This document shows, in pieces, positions 28,504-42,488 of a DNA stretch of 64,000 nt (its first letter is position 1; the number at the start of each line of letters is the position of its first letter). The DNA is from Antedon mediterranea. Its lineage: Eukaryota > Animalia > Echinodermata. The stretch lies in the NCBI RefSeq assembly GCF_964355755.1, contig NC_092680.1:20097045-20161044 (forward strand). The letters run 5' to 3'. Position numbers and translations under genes: made by a program. The notes below the pieces were generated by a model that saw only the letters and a list, made by a program, of their open reading frames with translations, was not told the origin of the DNA and did not search any database.

Positions 28504-28944
28504 TATATAGACACCTATCTGTATGTTACCATTTCCATATTTTCGTTATTCTATAAATTATCTAGACCTGTTAAATAGCAATATTACAGTACTAACTTTG
28601 GCAGTTAGGAGCAGAATTTGACCATGTTCCATCAGCTTGGTAAGTTATAGTATGTTCACCCATCAGGTAGTATCCAATATCACAGATATAAGATACTACA
28701 CTGTTATAAGTTTCAGCCATACCATATCTCAGACCGTCTACTGGTACGCCAGGATCACCGCAACCAATAACTAAACGAGATATAATAAAGAGTTTTAAAA
28801 GTATTAGTTAATTGGCTTTTAACAACATGGGAAGATTATACAACGTTGTAGCACATTACTATTTATAGTATAAAGTCATTTTATTGGGACATTTTGTACA
28901 ATAGGCACATAAATCTTACTAAGGTATTGGAATTGGTAATTATT

Positions 28945-29300
28945 TATTTTATTTTCATTTATTCGACTTCTTACTAACTCAGTTAGTGAAGGATCTGGAC
29001 CAACAGGTGGTAAACAACTCTAAAACGGCCCAGTCCCAATTTGCACAGTGGCTTTGTGTGACAGTGGCTGTGTTTGTTTGGACTAGTACACCGGGGTAAC
29101 CCCTACTCGTCTCGAAAGATGTACTAGGTTCTTTAAAGTGCGCATGAGCTATGTGTACACTGGACCTACGGTTTATAGTCCTTATCCGAGAAGACTCGTT
29201 CTACCACCAGAACCATGGAGCGAGTGAGCCTCGAACCCTTGCCGATGTTATGGCTACGTAATTACGGTTCCACTGTCTTAACCGCTCGGCCACTCACTCG
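28945..29300 (-). mobile_element. tRNA-derived SINE with Deu/Nin-like central domain
   Basis: A box TGGCCGAGCGGTTAAG, B box GGTTCGAGGCTC, core CGGATAAGGACTATAAACCGTAGGTCC...TAAAGAACC...GAGTAGGGGTTACCCCGGTGT. The 3' tail differs from the 58937 copy. Confidence 0.75.
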
Positions 29301-30204
29301 CTTTTGATTATATGCAGGCAATTAAACAATATAACAACCAACCAACCAACCACGTAATAGCCAACAAACTTTATTCCAATAAATATTCGTATACCTTCAC
29401 AAAAAGGAGTTGAGCCTGACCACATTTCGGTTTCCAAACATACCCTGCTTCTGTCACCTATCAAATTATAACCAATGGTACAAGTGTATATTGCTGTCAT
29501 GCCAAATGTTGTGCCATTTAAAGAAACCTCTCCATCTATAATATTGGTCAGATCTCCACAATCTACAGCTGTATTTTAGAAAATTAAAACATTTATTGAA
29601 CGCAATAATTATGTTTCGTTTTTTATTTTTTTATTCTTGTGAAAATTATATAAATGTGATGTATTGTGATGTAGCAGCTAATGAGAAATTACATATCATT
29701 ATTAATTTATAATATCAAGTTACAACTTTTTTAATCCAATAAATGTAAATAGAAACAAATTATTTAGGAGATTACATCACAAAGGCATCAACATAGGCCC
29801 CACTGAACATTCTGAACTTTACTTGATTATCAAAAGAGTTTTGTTTCTTTGCTAATAATCATGTCAATCAACAATTAAATATTTCTAAAAATAGTAGGCC
29901 TATACTGACTCTGCAAATTAATTAATTAATTAATTATTATGTTTCTTCCTTTTATTATAGGGTATTATTCACTTTTCCTAACTATAGATATTTACATACT
30001 TTTAACCATTCTATTATAAATAAACAATTTCAAAGTTATTGAAAGTTTATTTAAAAATTCCGAACCAGATTTGACTTTGAAATCATGTCCATTAAATTGC
30101 ACAAACAAAATTGAATTCTACTTACTAAATATAGATCGTTCACATATATATCCAAACCCATTGCTGCCGCCCCAGTTTCCAAGTTTATCAGAACAAAGTA
30201 AGTC

Positions 30205-31881
30205 CATTAGGCGCAGGAGCCCCGGATAGCGTTACGAAGTCGTTAACTCTGTCAACCCATGGTCAGCCCAACTAATGTGTTTTTCCCAAGGACAACTTAT
30301 CAATAACTAAACTTTGTCACCACCCATAAGTGTGCTGTTCATTTCCTATTGACCAATGAACACCAATGTAACTGGACCTGAGTTACTTGCTATTCGACCT
30401 TGGGTGCAAATTATACAATTAATTGATGTTAAGGCCACTGACTACTCTTTTCTGTATAGAAACACTGAATTGACTGAATAAGAAAACCCTACAATAATTT
30501 CTACTACTACTTGATATGGTGTTATACAACAACTATATTAAAAGAATTGAATGTATGGAGAATGAAAAAAAACAATTGTTAAACGTTATATGTAAAACAT
30601 CACTTAGATGATATCTATCAGATATATCATTTTCTAAACATTGTTTCATTAGTTATATCACGGAAAAATAAGTTAGTTATAAATAAGTAAGTTATTTCTC
30701 CATGAAAGTTTCTCCATTGTTATATTCACATCACATATATTTATATTTGGTTTTACACGTAATATTTCATTAAGAATTTCATTTTCTGACAATGTGATTG
30801 AAAAATGATGATGTTAACTGTTGGGCCTACAGAAATGATACAAATTCTCAGTTGATATGACACAAAATTTACAGAATTCAGCACTAACAACATACCATAT
30901 TCTTCAGTTCAGGTCACAAGTTTCAGGGGCGACAATGCAAACATCCCGCCAAAATTGTCCTTCATATCTCTGTATTGCCAAGTAACACACGGGAAAAGAA
31001 CAAATAAAAAACAAAAACCTTTCAAAACAGACCTATTTCTGTTTTTAAAAAGATTGAAATGAAATAATTCTTTTTAAACACTGTACTGTACTTGGAAACA
31101 CGTACTTGATTTGTGATATCCTCCGTTAAAAATACAGTAGAAAGTGTCCCCTTAATAGGGGTTCTACTGCCCCTGGAACAATTCCTAAAAAAACATGTCC
31201 TCTTCATAGAGGTTTCGCAGAAAAAAACCAATATACTGATCTGGACTCGGAAATTTAAAATGTAGCAGGCAACGTTTCATAATTATTATGATATCCATTT
31301 TTATTTAATAACGATAAATGGATATAAATATTTCGTCTTTTTTGTTATTTTGTGATGGAAAAAATATTGAGTGAACATTGGCACTGAGCTTAAATGTTCC
31401 CCGTCCCCTTAATGTCCCCTTTATAAGAGTGTCCCCTCAGTAAGGATTGACTGTTTCGCCCCTTAATAATAAATGATGGTGTCCATCTTATGTCCTCTCA
31501 ATTTTAATGTGCTACACCCGATAATAGAATACACATCTAGCTCGTGTGCACTTTAAAAAACCTAGTAAATCTTTCGAGACGAGCAGGGGGTTACCCCGGT
31601 GTATTAGTACATCACAGCCACTGATCATCAACTGGGCCCTATGGGAGACCAGTCTGTTTCTGAAGAGGTTACCCAGTATAAATATATATTTCAATTCAAT
31701 TCAATTCAATTCAACGTAAGGTGGTGTTTGGCATGTTGTGCAGGAGGGAGGTCAGACAATATTGTCATAAAATGTATTCATTAATTTGCTTTTCCTTCAT
31801 CCAATCTACATAGTAGATGGATGAAGCTATTGTTCTAACCACGTGACTATGTGGCGTAGGTTTTTTTTTTTTTAATATATC

Positions 31882-31916
<35 letters not shown>

Positions 31917-34570
31917 TTATATATTTGCTACAATAATGTACACTAATTTGTTACTGAACTATGGAGATTTTTTTTTTTCCGAAATAAAAGATGAATGAAT
32001 GAATGAATGAATAGAATAACTGTACAGTAGGCTCCCATGTGTTACCCAATGTGCTCAATTTGATTGTGCTACCCAATGTGCTATCCATTTGAAATAATGT
32101 GCTATCCATTTGAAAGAATGTGCTACCCGATAATCCGTATAGAATAATGTACAGTACTATATCCATTTGACTGTGCTACCCAATGTGCTATCCATTTGAA
32201 ATAATGTGATATCCATTTGAAATAATGTGACTATCCATTTGAAAGAATGTGCTACCCGATAATCCTTATAGAATAATGTACAGTACAATTACATCCATTT
32301 GATTATGCTACCTAATGTGCTATCCATTTGAAAGAATGTGCTACCCGATAATCCGTATAGAATAATGTACAGTACAATTATATCCATTTGATTATGCTAC
32401 CTAATGTGCTATCCATTTGAAAGAATGTGCTACCCGATAATCCTTATAGAATAATGTACAGTACTATATCCATTTGATTGTGCTACCCAATGTGCTATCC
32501 ATTTGAAATAATGTGCTATCCATTTGAAATAATGTGACTATCCATTTGAAAGAATGTGCTACCCGATAATCCTTATAGAATAATGTACAGTACAATTATA
32601 TCCATTTGATTATGCTACCTAATGTGCTATCCATTTGAAATAATGTGCTATCCATTTGAAAGAATGTGCTATCCATTTGAAAGAATGTGCTATCCATTTG
32701 AAAGAATGTGCTATCCATTTGAAATAATGTGACTATCCATTTGAAAGAATGTGCTACCCGATAATCCGTATAGAATAATGTACAGTACAATTATATCCAT
32801 TTGATTGTGCTACCTAATGTGCCTTCCATTTGAAATAATGTGACTATCCATTTGAAATAATGCTACCCGATAATCCGTATAGAATAATGTACAGTACAAT
32901 TATATCCATTTAATTGTGCTACCTGATGTGCTATCCATTTGAAAGAATGTGCTATCCATTTGAAAGAATGTGCTACCCGATAATCCTTATAGAATAATTT
33001 ACAGTACTATATCCATTTGATTGTGCTACCTAATGTGCCTTCCATTTGAAATAATGTGACTATCCATTTGAAATAATGCTACCCGATAATCCGTATAGAA
33101 TAATGTACAGTACAATTATATCCATTTGATTGTGCTACCTGATGTGCTATCCATTTGAAATAATGTGCTATCCATTTGAAAGAATGTGCTACCCGATAAT
33201 CCTTATAGAATAATGTACAGTACAATTATATCCATTTGATTGTGCTACCCAATGTGCTATCCATTTGAAATAATGTGCTATCCATTTGAAATAATGTGCT
33301 ATCCATTTGAAAGAATGTGCTACCCGATAATTCTTATAGAATAATGTACAGTACAGTTATATCCATTTGATTGTGCTACCCAATGTGCTATCCATTTGAA
33401 ATAATGTGCTATCCATTTGAAAGAATGTGCTACCCGATAATTCTTATAGAATAATGTACAGTACAGTTATATCCATTTGATTGTGCTATCTATTGTGCTA
33501 TCTGTTTGAACTAATGTGCTGTCTGTTTGAAATAATTCAGGTTTTTTATTTTGAATATGTTTTGCTATCCATTTTAGACGTGCTAAACAAGTTACATATT
33601 TGTTGATATAAATTTGCGGTACACCACGTATATTAGTTCTGAAAAGAACTGTTGAGTTGCTCGACGTTTCGATTTACTCCAAAGTCAAAGTCTCCAAAGC
33701 TATTCCATCATGTCGTATTCGGGGAATCGCCCACAAGTGTTTTCTCAGAGCAGGGTATGTTCCGTATAGGGTTCTGTATGCTATTTTTTAATAATGTACA
33801 AAAAATGAAATGAATAATCATCGGTATGTACGGAGAAAGCTCGAGCGGAAGTCGAGGTTACTTTTGCCAACAAGACGAAGCGCGAAACAAATAAAAACGC
33901 AGCGCGAAACATCTGAAATGATATACAATTTCTCAAAACATGAAAACACAGAATATATTATATTAATATAACTTTTTAATATTTCCAAAGGCTCGGACAT
34001 GGAAGAAGGGCCTTAAAAAACTGAATTGCTATATGTTAGACCACTTTTCCATAACTTTTCAAAACTCATCGAACCCTCTGCTAGTAGGCCTAATTAATAT
34101 AGGAGCGTCGCCAAATCATTAGAAAAAAAAACATGGCATGAAGATGTAATTAATCAAACAACGGCCAAAGAATACCAACAATTTTAATTTAGGTTTCGAT
34201 TCGTAATTACTAATGTGGTGGACTAGAAGCCTAGTTTGAAACTATAGTGACCATTTATTTTAGAAAGAAAGATAGAAAAATGTGTTTCCATCTCCATGTT
34301 AATACCAAGGCACTTTTCAATTAAAAATTCTGGCCTAGTATTCTTGCAAGGTCGTCACAGCTCCAGTTACAAAGGTCGTCACAGCTCCAGTTACAAACGG
34401 TGATACAAAGTGTCAATCATTTGACCAGTGAACAGCCCACTGGTAGGATAGTCCTTGAAACCGTCCATAAAACACATTAATCACTCACATCAGTCATGCC
34501 GCTAATGGTTGAAAACCTCACTTTTTGGGGTTTTCAAACGTAACGCTATCCGGGGCTCCTGCGCCTAATG
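30205..34570. mobile_element. Non-autonomous TIR DNA transposon, copy 2 (4366 bp), inserted in the unit D CTLD exon
   Basis: Same 32-bp TIRs; interrupts codons RWS|DLLC of the CTLD. Confidence 0.93.
32012..33530. repeat. Higher-order tandem repeat inside transposon copy 2
   Basis: Same satellite as 25510-27460 with a different unit number and arrangement. Confidence 0.95.
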
Positions 34571-36417
34571 CACTCCACCTGCCGTCAGAGGTTGTCATAA
34601 AACCAAATGCACAATCAGTATCTCCTACATTAGGTTCTCCAGATCCCCAGTATAAATACTCAACAGTTTCTCCAGATTCCCAGTTCCAGCTGGATAGCAT
34701 CGTTCTATCTGTTCCCACCTCACGGGATAACCCAATGGCATAGGCTCCATTTGCACAGTTTTCCTGCAGGATATCCAATATAGCATTGTTTTCTTCTGTA
34801 GTGTTTATACTCACAAGATTATAGTCTGCATCACACAATCCTTTAATTTCATTCCAAGTTTTGTATTCGGTGAAGTGTGTCACAATTACAAACGTTGCTT
34901 TATAGTTTGACGATCCAACAGAAAATTCCGCACAAGCTATCGGTAAGAAAAATCCTGTGAGTAGGACAGTTTTAGTTATTAGAAGTTAATGCCTACAGTT
35001 TTTTAATCAAAATGTTAAGTATATTTGTTTTTTTATACTGTACCTTGGCAATGTACAACTGCGACGACATAGATATTGAGTATTAGGAAAATCCTTTGAA
35101 ACATTGTAAAACATAACTTGTATGATATTAGCTTCTATAAGGAAACATACTCTTAATATTATATCTTGATAAGAGGGCGCTCTTTTAAGGAAACATGATT
35201 TTAAAATAGTCCTTTTGGTGTTTTTTAAGTTGTGGTTTCTTAACATCAACTAATAGTCATATAGAGGTCCTTTATCAAAATGTTTACCTTTACCTTTCAG
35301 TATATTTAGTACGGTATGCATTGTAAGTTATTCATGTATAACGACAAGGAAAACCGGCGTATTAACCAGATTCCAATAATCATTCTGGAAACCTGCTATG
35401 TACAGAAACTCGCTTTTGATATACATTTAACAATATAAATAAATATGAAATAAAAATACATTTTACTTGGTGTGGGAGGTCGCCGTTTGTTATCCGATGT
35501 TCATAAATTATTTACTCTCCAAATTGTTATAGCAAAAAAAACGTTACTTATTTTACTTTTTTTTGGAAAAAAAAACACCACTAAATACGGGTTGGCGGAT
35601 TGGCCGTATTTTAAAAACATATTCCCTTCTTTCGTTTTACAGGAAAGTGTCACCTTTTGATACTGTGTCCCAAAAAGAGATTCTACTGTATTTTGTATAA
35701 TACATAAACTAAGATATTTATTACATTAATCGCTGTGATTATAAGTGAAATAACGAGTAAATCGAGACTTTTCACATCAAAGATTAAATAGGTTTTTGAG
35801 GAAATAATCTTTAATATGTATTTTACTTCCAGTTTAAGCTGACGAGTATAATCGCTTTCAGAACTTTATTCAACCATAAGAAAATAAAACAATAGTACTA
35901 AAGAGGGGAAAACAAAAACACCCACAAAGATGCTGAAGTGAAATGGTTGTGCATCAGTGCTGTATACGCAATACATAGAACGCAACTATTACTTTATGCT
36001 AACGAAAACGAAACCTTTATTGTAGCAATGAAGGCCATCACAATACTCATCTGCCTAACTCTTTTAAGTGTAGAGCTCACAAGCATTTTTAATTTACATT
36101 TTAACACTTGTTTTCAAATTGATTATTTATGATTATATATTCCAGAGGCTTCAAGATTAAGAATTTAGATTTGTTTCTTTCTACTCTGCCTAAAATAATA
36201 TCATTAATAAGTTGCCAAAGCTAATGTTAGTGTTTTCTATTCTAATGCAATCATTTGTACAGCTGTTCTATCCACATTTTAGCTTTATTATTATTCTACT
36301 ATTAACACATTAATATTAACCTTGATAGTTGAACTACCTGTAACCTTATCATTAACGTTCTTTATAAAATGTAAATAATATACAATGACAATTTAATTGT
36401 ATATATTATTTCTACAT

Positions 36418-39400
36418 TTATTCTGTAACCTCAACATAAACAGGTTGTTGCACGTCTTCGTTGAATCCTCCATACGCGGCATTCTCTTCAATCACGTGAC
36501 ATACATTGACTGCTTTCTGTGACTTTTCTGATGTTTTCAATTCGCTTTCAGATTTACAAAAGAGTTGGTCATGAAATCTGAATATAAATATAGTATATTT
36601 ATATTTATATATATATTCATATTGATTTCTATTATCATAGGAATATTTGATAATAGAGCATTTCATTTGTATCACATTGTGGTGCTTTATCATGTAAGAT
36701 GGTAATGCTATGGTAGGTCTATATGATACTAGGAGATACACATGTGGAACACACGTGGTAGTTTACTCAATGTATTAACACCAAGAAAAGTTTCTGTTAC
36801 TTAGTTCAGGCAATTAAGATACCAAAGAGATTATTATGAAGTATACCTACCTATATAACAGCATTACTATAACAACAGCAAAAACCACATTTAATGTTAC
36901 AGATGATATCACTACCGCAGTCAAGTCTGAAATAAACAATAGTAGCATTGCCATCTTAATTCATAAAACTACTACGTAATAGTCCACATTATCAAAATTG
37001 TGTAACTTTTAGTTGGTTTGTTGGCCTATTACTTTGAGTTGCTTTGGTAGGTTTTAACATCATTCGTCGTTTATTGGTCAATAATTGTTGTGTGAGTGCG
37101 CGCTTCTATATTATTGTTTGTTCAATTGGTCGTTTGTCGGATGACCCTTTTGTAGCGGGTAGGTAACATTTTTGGTTAGATAACATTTTGGTTAACTTAT
37201 GTTCTTGACATATTGATAGTTCAGTGTTTGTGACATCCTCGGATACTCACATTTTCAATTTCCATAAGTGCTCAATTGTATATTAGTAATGCATAACCAA
37301 CAACATTTGCTAGTCATTGTTCTGAAAAACTTATATTTTACAACCTACCAAATATTGATTCCTCTTCATTTACTAAGCTACAATCAGTCATCCTGATATC
37401 ATCACTATATGTTAAATCATTATCGATGGTCTCACTAGTGGGTAGCAACGATGTCAGGTGGTGAGTCGTGGTTTCATGATGAGTGACGTCAGTTGATGCG
37501 TCCAAAACAGTCTCACTAGTGGGTAGCAACGATAACAAGTTGTTAGTCGTTGTTCCATGATGAGTGACGTCAGTCTCAAGAGTTGAAGTTACTGGAGGAT
37601 TTGCTGGATAAATTAGAACAAATAAATCAGATAAACCAACAGAAAAACACAGTAAATGATTAATTTATTTAATACGCATAAAACTTCTTATGAACTAATT
37701 CTGTAAAAGACTGTAATGTACTAGATATCTAAAATCAAAATACTAAGTTGGCTAACTTCCAATAAAATCTATTGATAATACATTGGAAATATATTTCAAA
37801 TACGGTATGACGTTTATCTCATTATGTCACATGGTGTGTTTTTTGGTCAATGTTGTTCAGTCAGTGTGAATGTTGGAATACCTTTGATTTTAACTCGTGT
37901 TATAATTACCGATAGTAATCGTAGGTATCAACGACATCAATTGATTAGTTGTTGTGCCAGGAGGCGTCGTGACGTTAGTTGATGCGTCCACAACAGTCTC
38001 ACTAGTAGGTAGCAACGATATCAGGTGGCTAGTCGTTTTTCTATGAGTGACGTCAGTTGCTTCTTCAAGAGTTGAAGTTACTGGAGGATTTTCTATATAA
38101 ATTAAAACAGACAAACGGTAACACGGTATATAAATTAATTGTTTAGATACACATACAATATCTTATAGGCCTAGACTCTGTAATGTTCTAGATGTCTGAA
38201 TCAAAATACTAAGTAGGTTTCCAATAAAATATATTGATAATACATTGGAAATATAGTTTCAAATAATAATAATAATAATATCCTGGATTAATATAGCGCC
38301 TAATGTTGTGAAACCTCTAAGCGCTGAACATTATTACCCCAGTCATTTTTTCCTGATCAAATACGTATGGAAACATACTCTCATAATGCAGCTAGTAATC
38401 AGCGCAAAGTTGTGTACGGTATGACGTTTATCTCATATTGCCATGACATGTTTTTCGGTCAATGTTGTTCAGTAAGGGTCAATGTTGTTCAGTAAGTGTG
38501 AATGTTGGAATTGATTTTAACTCGTGTTATAATTACCGATAGTAATCGTAGGTACCAACGACATCAATTGATTAGTTGTTGTACCAGGATGCATCGTGAC
38601 GTCAGTTGATGCGTCCAAAACAGTTGAAGTTACCCGAGGAGTTGCTACAAATTAATGTAATGTAAATATGACTAATCATAACCCAATCGAGAAAATATAT
38701 TCTTATTAATATAAAGGAACAATCATAAAACATTATCTTATAACTTAAAAATGTAAAGCTTTATTGCAATATACACTGTAAAGTTTTAAAATGCAAAAGC
38801 TATTCCGAATAGAATTTCTGTTTTGCTATTCTTAAAAAGTTGGTAAAAACAACTACGATATATTTTGTACCTTGCTGATATTCACGTTTTAGTTTATTTT
38901 CTACTATCTCTAAAGTATTACTATTAATCTATTAATTACTATAAGAGCTGAACTATATGCTGTACAATTTTTAGATTTTTTTAAAATAATCTAAATATTA
39001 ATATTACTTCTAAATTTGAACTATGCTTGTTTAAATAAAACAATTTTTTAAAGTAAAGAGCATTGTTACATACAGATGCTACAGGAACTACAACTATTTC
39101 ACTTACTTGGAACTGTTTTTTCACATATATATCCATACCCACTGCCGCCTCCAACAAGTGTTTCAGAACAAGGTAAGTCACCCCACCTGCCATCAGAGGT
39201 TGTTATATAACCAAATGCACATTGTGTATCTCCTACATTAGGTTCACCAGAAGCCCAGTATAAATACTCAACAGTTTCTCCAGATTCCCAGTTCCAGCTG
39301 GATGCCATCGTTCTATCTGATCCACTCTCACGTGATAACCCAATGGCATAGACTCCATTTGCACAGTTTTCCTGCAGGATACCAAATATAGCATTGTTTT

Positions 39401-39717
39401 CTTCTTCAGTGTTTATACTCACAAGATTATACTCTGCATCACACAATCCTTTAAGTTCATTCCAAGTTCTGAATTCGCTGAAGCGTGTTACAATTACAAA
39501 CGTAGCTTTATAGTTTGACGATCCAATAGAAAATTCCGCACAAGCTATCGGTAAGACATAATGCAGTGAGAGAAGAACCATTTTAATTATTAGAAGTTAA
39601 ATGCCTATAGTTTTTTTTTATCAAAATGTTAAATATATTTGTTTTTTATACTGTACCTTGGCAATGTACAACTGCGATGACATAGATATTGAGTATTATG
39701 AAAATTTTTTGAAACAT
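36418..39717 (-). CDS. Unit E: type I C-type lectin receptor, short ITAM-like tail
   Basis: Exons 39717-39657 (MFQKIFIILNIYVIAVVHCQ), 39544-39107 (CTLD, EPN/WGD), stalk 38644-38537, 38092-37910, 37603-37349, TM 36926-36851 (SSVTLNVVFAVVIVMLLYR), tail 36577-36418 (YGGFNEDVQQPVYVEVTE*). Confidence 0.88.
38268..38415 (-). mobile_element. 3' fragment of a SINE/LINE with (ATT)n tail
   Basis: Insertion absent from the paralogous introns at ~46455 and ~49885; reverse-matches 59780-59855; ends AGCGCTTAGAG...GGCGCTATATTAATCC(ATT)n. Confidence 0.6.
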
Positions 39718-39987
39718 TGTAAAACATAACTTGTATGATATTAACTTGTACAAGGAAACATACTCTTAATATTATATTATATATTGATGAGAGGGCGCTC
39801 TTTTAAGGAAAACATGTTTTTAAAATAGTATTTTGGTGTTTTTTGAAGTTGTGGTTTTTTAACAATATAAGGAAATAGTAATAATTTTAAGCGACTTGAA
39901 CTATGCTTGTTAAAAAAACCTAATGTCTTTTAAGTAAAGAACATTGTTACATACAGATGCTATAGGAACTACAACTATTTCACTTAC

Positions 39988-40600
39988 TTGGAACTGTTTT
40001 CTCACATATATACCCATACCCATTGCTGCCTTGCCAGTTTCCAAGTTTGTAAGAACAACTTACGTCATCCCACCTACCATCAGAGTTTGTTATAAAACCA
40101 AATGCACAATCATTATCTCCTACATTAGGTTGACCAGATGCCCAGTATAAATACTCAACAGTCTTTCCAGATTCCCAGTTCCAGCTGGATAGCATCGTTC
40201 TATCTGTTCCCATCTCACGTGATAACCCAATGGCATAGACTCCATTTGCACAGTTTTCCTGCAGGATATCCAATATAGCATTGTTTTCTTCTTCAGTGTT
40301 TATACTCACAAGAATATAACCGTCATCACACAATCCTTTAAGTTCATTCCAAGTTTTGAATTCGGTGAAGTGTGTAACAATTACAAACGTTGCTTTATAG
40401 TTTGATGATCCAACAGAAAATTCCGCACAAGCTATCGGTAAAAAAATGCAATGCAATGAGAAGAATCGTTTTAGTTATTAGAAGTTAATGCCTATAGTTT
40501 TTTTTATCAAAATTGTAACATTATTTATTTTTTATACTGTACCTTCGCAATGTACAACTGCGACATAGATATGGAGTATTATGAAAATCCTTTGAAACAT
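39988..40600 (-). CDS. Unit F: promoter, signal peptide and CTLD cassette with no own stalk/TM
   Basis: Exons 40600-40543 (MFQRIFIILHIYVAVVHCE) and 40431-39988 (CTLD, QPN/WDD), followed directly by the unit E promoter. Read-through of the donor gives PSK* (stop at 39980). Confidence 0.75.
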
Positions 40601-42488
40601 TGTAAAACATAACTTGTATGATATTAGCTTGCGTACAAGGAAACAGACTCTTAATATTATATTATATATTGATAAGAGGGCGCTCTTTTAAGGAAAACAT
40701 GTTTTTAAAATAGTCCTTTGATGTTTTTTTAAGTTGTGGTTCTTTAACAATATGAGCACTTAGTAATAATTTTAAGCGACTAACTATAAAGATCTTTATC
40801 AAAATGTTTTTATAATTGTATATTATTAAAGTAGGCCTATGTATTGTTAGTTTGTCAAGTAACTACAAGGAATACAGTACCTGTGTTCTGTACAGTATAC
40901 CAAACAAATAGAGCCTGGAGCGATAAAACATCGATACAATAAAAAACGGCAATAAAAATGGTGATAGTTACGAAATGGTATTAGTGCGCGTGACATAGAA
41001 ACTAAAATTAACTCAATTTATGGAAAAAAGAATGAATCTTTAGACTTGAAATTGCCCTTCAAGTATATGTATGTCAAAATACATTACAAAGCTGTTGACA
41101 CAAGGTGTAGGCCTTCATAACAAAGGAATAAGAAAACCGTGATCAACTTCAAAGCATTTATTTTACAACGAAGTTATAATAAGTAGCTGGTGTGTTATAA
41201 AATAAAAATAATGCAATGGTACAAATATATTAATTCTGTGAAAATAATGTTCTATTCTTTAAAATAGAGTAAACCCTTTCATCTTTCATCTCATAAAAGT
41301 ATTGTATCATTAATCAATTAATTAAAAATTAGTATTAACAATTATTACACAATTATTTTAATGAACAAATAATGTTAATTAAAATTAACATTATTTGTAT
41401 ATGAACAATATCAACCATAAGTTTTTACTCATTTACAAGCTAGATGAGACCTACTCTCTTTATCATTTTACTGATATTTATATCAAAAGTTAGCAGCAGT
41501 GCATTTGTGGTGAACTGTCTGTTAATTTGTCTAAATGTTTAAATATAAGAATTCTAACAAAACTAAATGCTAATTATAAGAAAAATACCAAATATATATC
41601 AAAGTGCTTATCATTCAACAAAAAGGAACATTAATTACCAGAGAAACGTTTTATCAAGTATTTATTAACAATTTATATCTTGAAACTAACAACACCAATG
41701 TTAAATAAAATGTATACAGAAATAGGTATATAATATCGTAAATTATAAGTTTATGTTATCTCGAACACCATGAGTAACACAGTGAAACGTATTATTACAG
41801 TTGCCTTGAATCATGGTTGTGGATGATGAACTTGAAGTATGGCTAAGTGCAGGGGCAGTATACAACAACTGAAAAGAAGAAAAACTCTTTTTGATCAATG
41901 TCATGGCATACTTATAGTTTCCATACATACTTTAATATATTTTAAATAATGTTGATAAAAAGTATTTCATTTAGGAAGAAAGCGTAAATTAAAGAAAACA
42001 ATTAAATAAACACAACGTTGATCTAGTTGGCTTAATAATAATATTCTGGATTTATGTAGCGCCTAATGTCGTGAAAATTCTAAACGTTTTAGCCTCCTAC
42101 ATACAAACTGAAAACATTTACAAAAAATAACATCTAGACATTTGCAAGTGGCTTGGTTTGCTTCAATTAATTACAAGTAAATGAAACTTAAGTAGTTTAG
42201 AGAAGGTGTAAATAGTTTAAGAAGAGGGAGAATTAAATTAGGCCACAAAATATCCACAATTCTTGAATTCTGTAATTATTGTTTTTTTTTCACTTTATTG
42301 TTATTTAACCATGTTTGTCACATTACAATATTTAGTTGGTGTTGTTTTGTGTCTCCCATGTGTTATTTCCTAACTTTACAACCAAATAAATATCTCATCA
42401 TGATTGTGCGATTTTTCTCTAATATTGTAGTTGATGAACTAAAAAATAAAATGATTATTCAACTTATATTAAATATAGGAGAACCTAC

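Larger units (their letters stand above)
22562..35104 (-). pseudogene. Unit D: selectin/furrowed-like SP-CTLD-4xsushi-TM-short tail receptor, CTLD exon disrupted by a transposon
   Basis: Exons 35104-35044 (SP), CTLD 34936-34571 plus 30204-30126 (split by TE), sushi 29568-29395, 28770-28597 (third Cys changed to Tyr), 24422-24249, 23678-23508, linker 23389-23348, TM 23088-23010, tail 22703-22562 (ENAAYESSQDVMLHVYDVIQI*). Confidence 0.82.

Noticed and set aside
25510-33530. Repeat arrays as CRISPR; ORFs with FQMDSTL repeats (26778, 31951, 32596)
   Set aside because: No unique spacers or cas genes and the context is eukaryotic; the ORFs are translations of the satellite.
35007-36132. Duplicated ORFs 35007/47662, 35472/48121 and 35938/48583 as conserved small genes
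   Set aside because: Similarity is explained by recent segmental duplication; frames are broken between copies or lack any coding signature.
41743-41928. 61-aa ORF as the terminal exon of unit G
   Set aside because: The acceptor before 41868 in the required phase 1 gives VVVYCPCT*, not this ORF frame; left unresolved.
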